From NCBI RefSeq assembly GCF_004010195.1, contig NC_057717.1, positions 105,917,804-105,981,803 on the forward strand: a stretch of DNA of 64,000 nt, written 5' to 3'. The notes under the pieces were generated by a model. That model ran no database searches, was not told the origin of the DNA, and saw nothing but the letters and a program-made list of their open reading frames with translations. Positions 61,991 to 64,000 of the stretch are shown one piece after another. Positions within the stretch are counted from its first letter, which is position 1. Every line of letters begins with the position of its first letter. The DNA comes from Chiloscyllium plagiosum. Lineage: Eukaryota. The translations under genes were made by a program, and so were the position numbers.

Positions 61991-62737
61991 TGGTTTAAAA
62001 TCTGTATTTCTCACACTATAATTGTTGGTGCGTCAAATCACTGAGCCACTGGCTCCTCTAACAGATGTGCAGACATCTTTGGGTAGTGCTAGAGCTGACC
62101 AACAAGAAACTCCTGAGAAATGTAGCTAACAGGATGCGATAGTATTGGCCAGTTCCTGAAGCCTGCCCTTGCACATACCAGTCATTCTCTGCCAATCCCT
62201 ATTATCAGTGTCCCACCTGCCTGGCCTGTGTACATTTTAGAGATCTATGTCCTACCCTCCAGTAGTCGGATCTGCTGCTGATGGTGGCTTCGCTCTTTTG
62301 CCAGGAGGCTCACTGTTTGGTTCAAGGATTCAATGGTCTAGGAATAAAGTAAACTGTCAGAACAAGATCAAAGATGTATCTCATTGGCACTGCACATTAT
62401 TACAAGCCATGACAATTTCAGTTAGTTACACAGAGAGAAGATTAATTAGGAACACACTAGCATCTGTTTTAAGAGACTGGGAACAGATTAGGTAAGTGAA
62501 CAGATAATGCAGGGGAGGGGTATAAAGACCTACATTCCCACTCATTGGTATTGAACAAGACCCACTCTGGTTTGCATCTGTGATACATTTCCTACATTTA
62601 CATGGCTGTGTATCTGGTCTGATATCTCAGTTCCTACCAGCACTGCAATCTGCAAAGGGCCACTCCATCAGGTGGACATTAACCCAACATTCAGACTTGG
62701 ATCTCCCACTTGCTAGTCTTGGGACAATAACGACATA

Positions 62738-63830
62738 GGAGAAAGTGAGGATGCTGGAGATCAGAGTCAAGAGTGTGGTGCTGAAAAAGCACAGCAGGTC
62801 AGGCAGCATCCGAGGAGCAGGCAAACTGATGTTTCAGGTATAAGCTCTTCATCAGGAATGAGGCTTGTGGGGCAGGGGGCTGAGAGATAAATGGGAGGGG
62901 TGTAGGGTTGGGGGAAGTAGCTGAGAAAGCGATAGGTAGATGAAGGTGACGGAGAAGGTGATAGGTCGGGGTGAGGTGGAGCTGTTAGATGGGAAAGGTC
63001 AGGAGGGTGGTGCCGAGTTAGAGGCTTGGGACTGGGATAATGTGGGAGGAGAGGAAATGAGGAAACTGTTGTAATCCACATTTATCCTGTGTGGTTGCAG
63101 AGTCCCATGGTCTCTCTGGATAGAGGTGGAGAGCAAAATAAATCTCTGGTGGTGGGGTCCATTTGTAGGTGGTGGAAGTGGTGGAGGATGATGCAACGTA
63201 AACGGAGGTTGGTGGGGTGAAAGATAAGTACTGGGGGTTCAGTCTTTGTTGCGTTAGGAGGGATGGGGTTTAAGGGCAGTGGTGCAGAAAGTGGAGGAGA
63301 AACGCTGGGAAGGGAAGTTGCGATCATGGAAGGAGGAGGCCATCTGGGATCTTCTGAGGTGGAATTGGTCTTCCTTGGAATGGATGTGCAGAGGCAGAGG
63401 AATTGGGAATCAGGGATAGCATTTTTACAGGAGGTAGGGTGGGAGGTGGTGTAGTCTAGGTAGCTGTGGGAGTCGGAGGGCCTGTATAGATGTCCATGTT
63501 AATCAGTCACCGGAGACAGAGATGGAGAGGGCCAGGAAGGGGAGGGAGGTGTCCAAGATGGTCCAGGTGAATTTGAGGTCGGGGTAGAAGGTGTTGGTAA
63601 AGTTGATGAACTGTTCAACCTCCCTGTGGGCGCAAGAGGTAGCGCCGATATACAGTCATCGATATAGCAAAGGAACAGGTGGGGGGTGGCGCCGGTGTAA
63701 CTACTGAAGATGGACTGTTCCACGTACCCGACAAAGAAGCAGGCATAGCTGGGTCCCATGTGGGTGCCCATGGCTACCCCTTTGGCTTGGAGGAAGTGGG
63801 AGGATTGGAAGGAAAGGTTGTTGAGGGTGA
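62738..63830 (-). mobile_element. Penelope-like element, RT fragment to 3' pLTR
   Basis: LNNLSFQSSHFLQAKGVAMGTHMGPSYACFFVGYVEQ...YIDDCI, typical PLE RT motifs. Confidence 0.88.
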
Positions 63831-64000
63831 AGGGTTTGGAGGAAGTGGGCCTCACCCTCAACAACGTCTCCTTCCAATATTCCAGGATATTCCAGGAAGG
63901 ATGTAGCTGGTCCAACCACTTAGTTTTAAACAAAACAGAAGAATTTATGTAAACATTATGTATGGAACACGAACAAAGGAGAACAGAATTTAGGATAACA

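Noticed and set aside
62826..62860. Functional hammerhead in the long Penelope copy
   Set aside because: CUGAUGA and GAAAC are present, but stem II (gagc/acct) and the stem III palindrome are mutated. It is counted only as a decayed homologue.

Overview
Vertebrate genomic DNA, very likely a shark (inferred from HE1-type V-SINEs and abundant CR1 and Penelope-like retroelements), with three assembly gaps. It holds two + strand protein-coding genes. The first is the last two coding exons of FBXL12 (exon 1 apparently lies upstream of the window). The second is a complete 10-coding-exon ATG4D (spliced CDS 1575 nt, about 524 aa) with a CpG-rich putative promoter, uORFs and a probable ~5.7 kb 3' UTR. 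Most remaining sequence is nested CR1/L2 LINE, SINE, Penelope-like and small DNA-element debris. The most interesting signal is at least three families of Penelope-type minimal hammerhead ribozyme motifs (CUGANGA-stem II-GAAA-palindromic stem III). Many sit in ~80-160 bp stand-alone insertions with target-site duplications, and for one family the 5' boundaries cluster at the ribozyme core. Also noted: a LINE wedged into an ATG4D splice acceptor, a 92-bp TGT...ACA element with a 4-bp TSD, and a perfect 20-bp G4-capable minisatellite in the probable FBXL12 3' UTR. Repeat boundaries are approximate and were read by eye.
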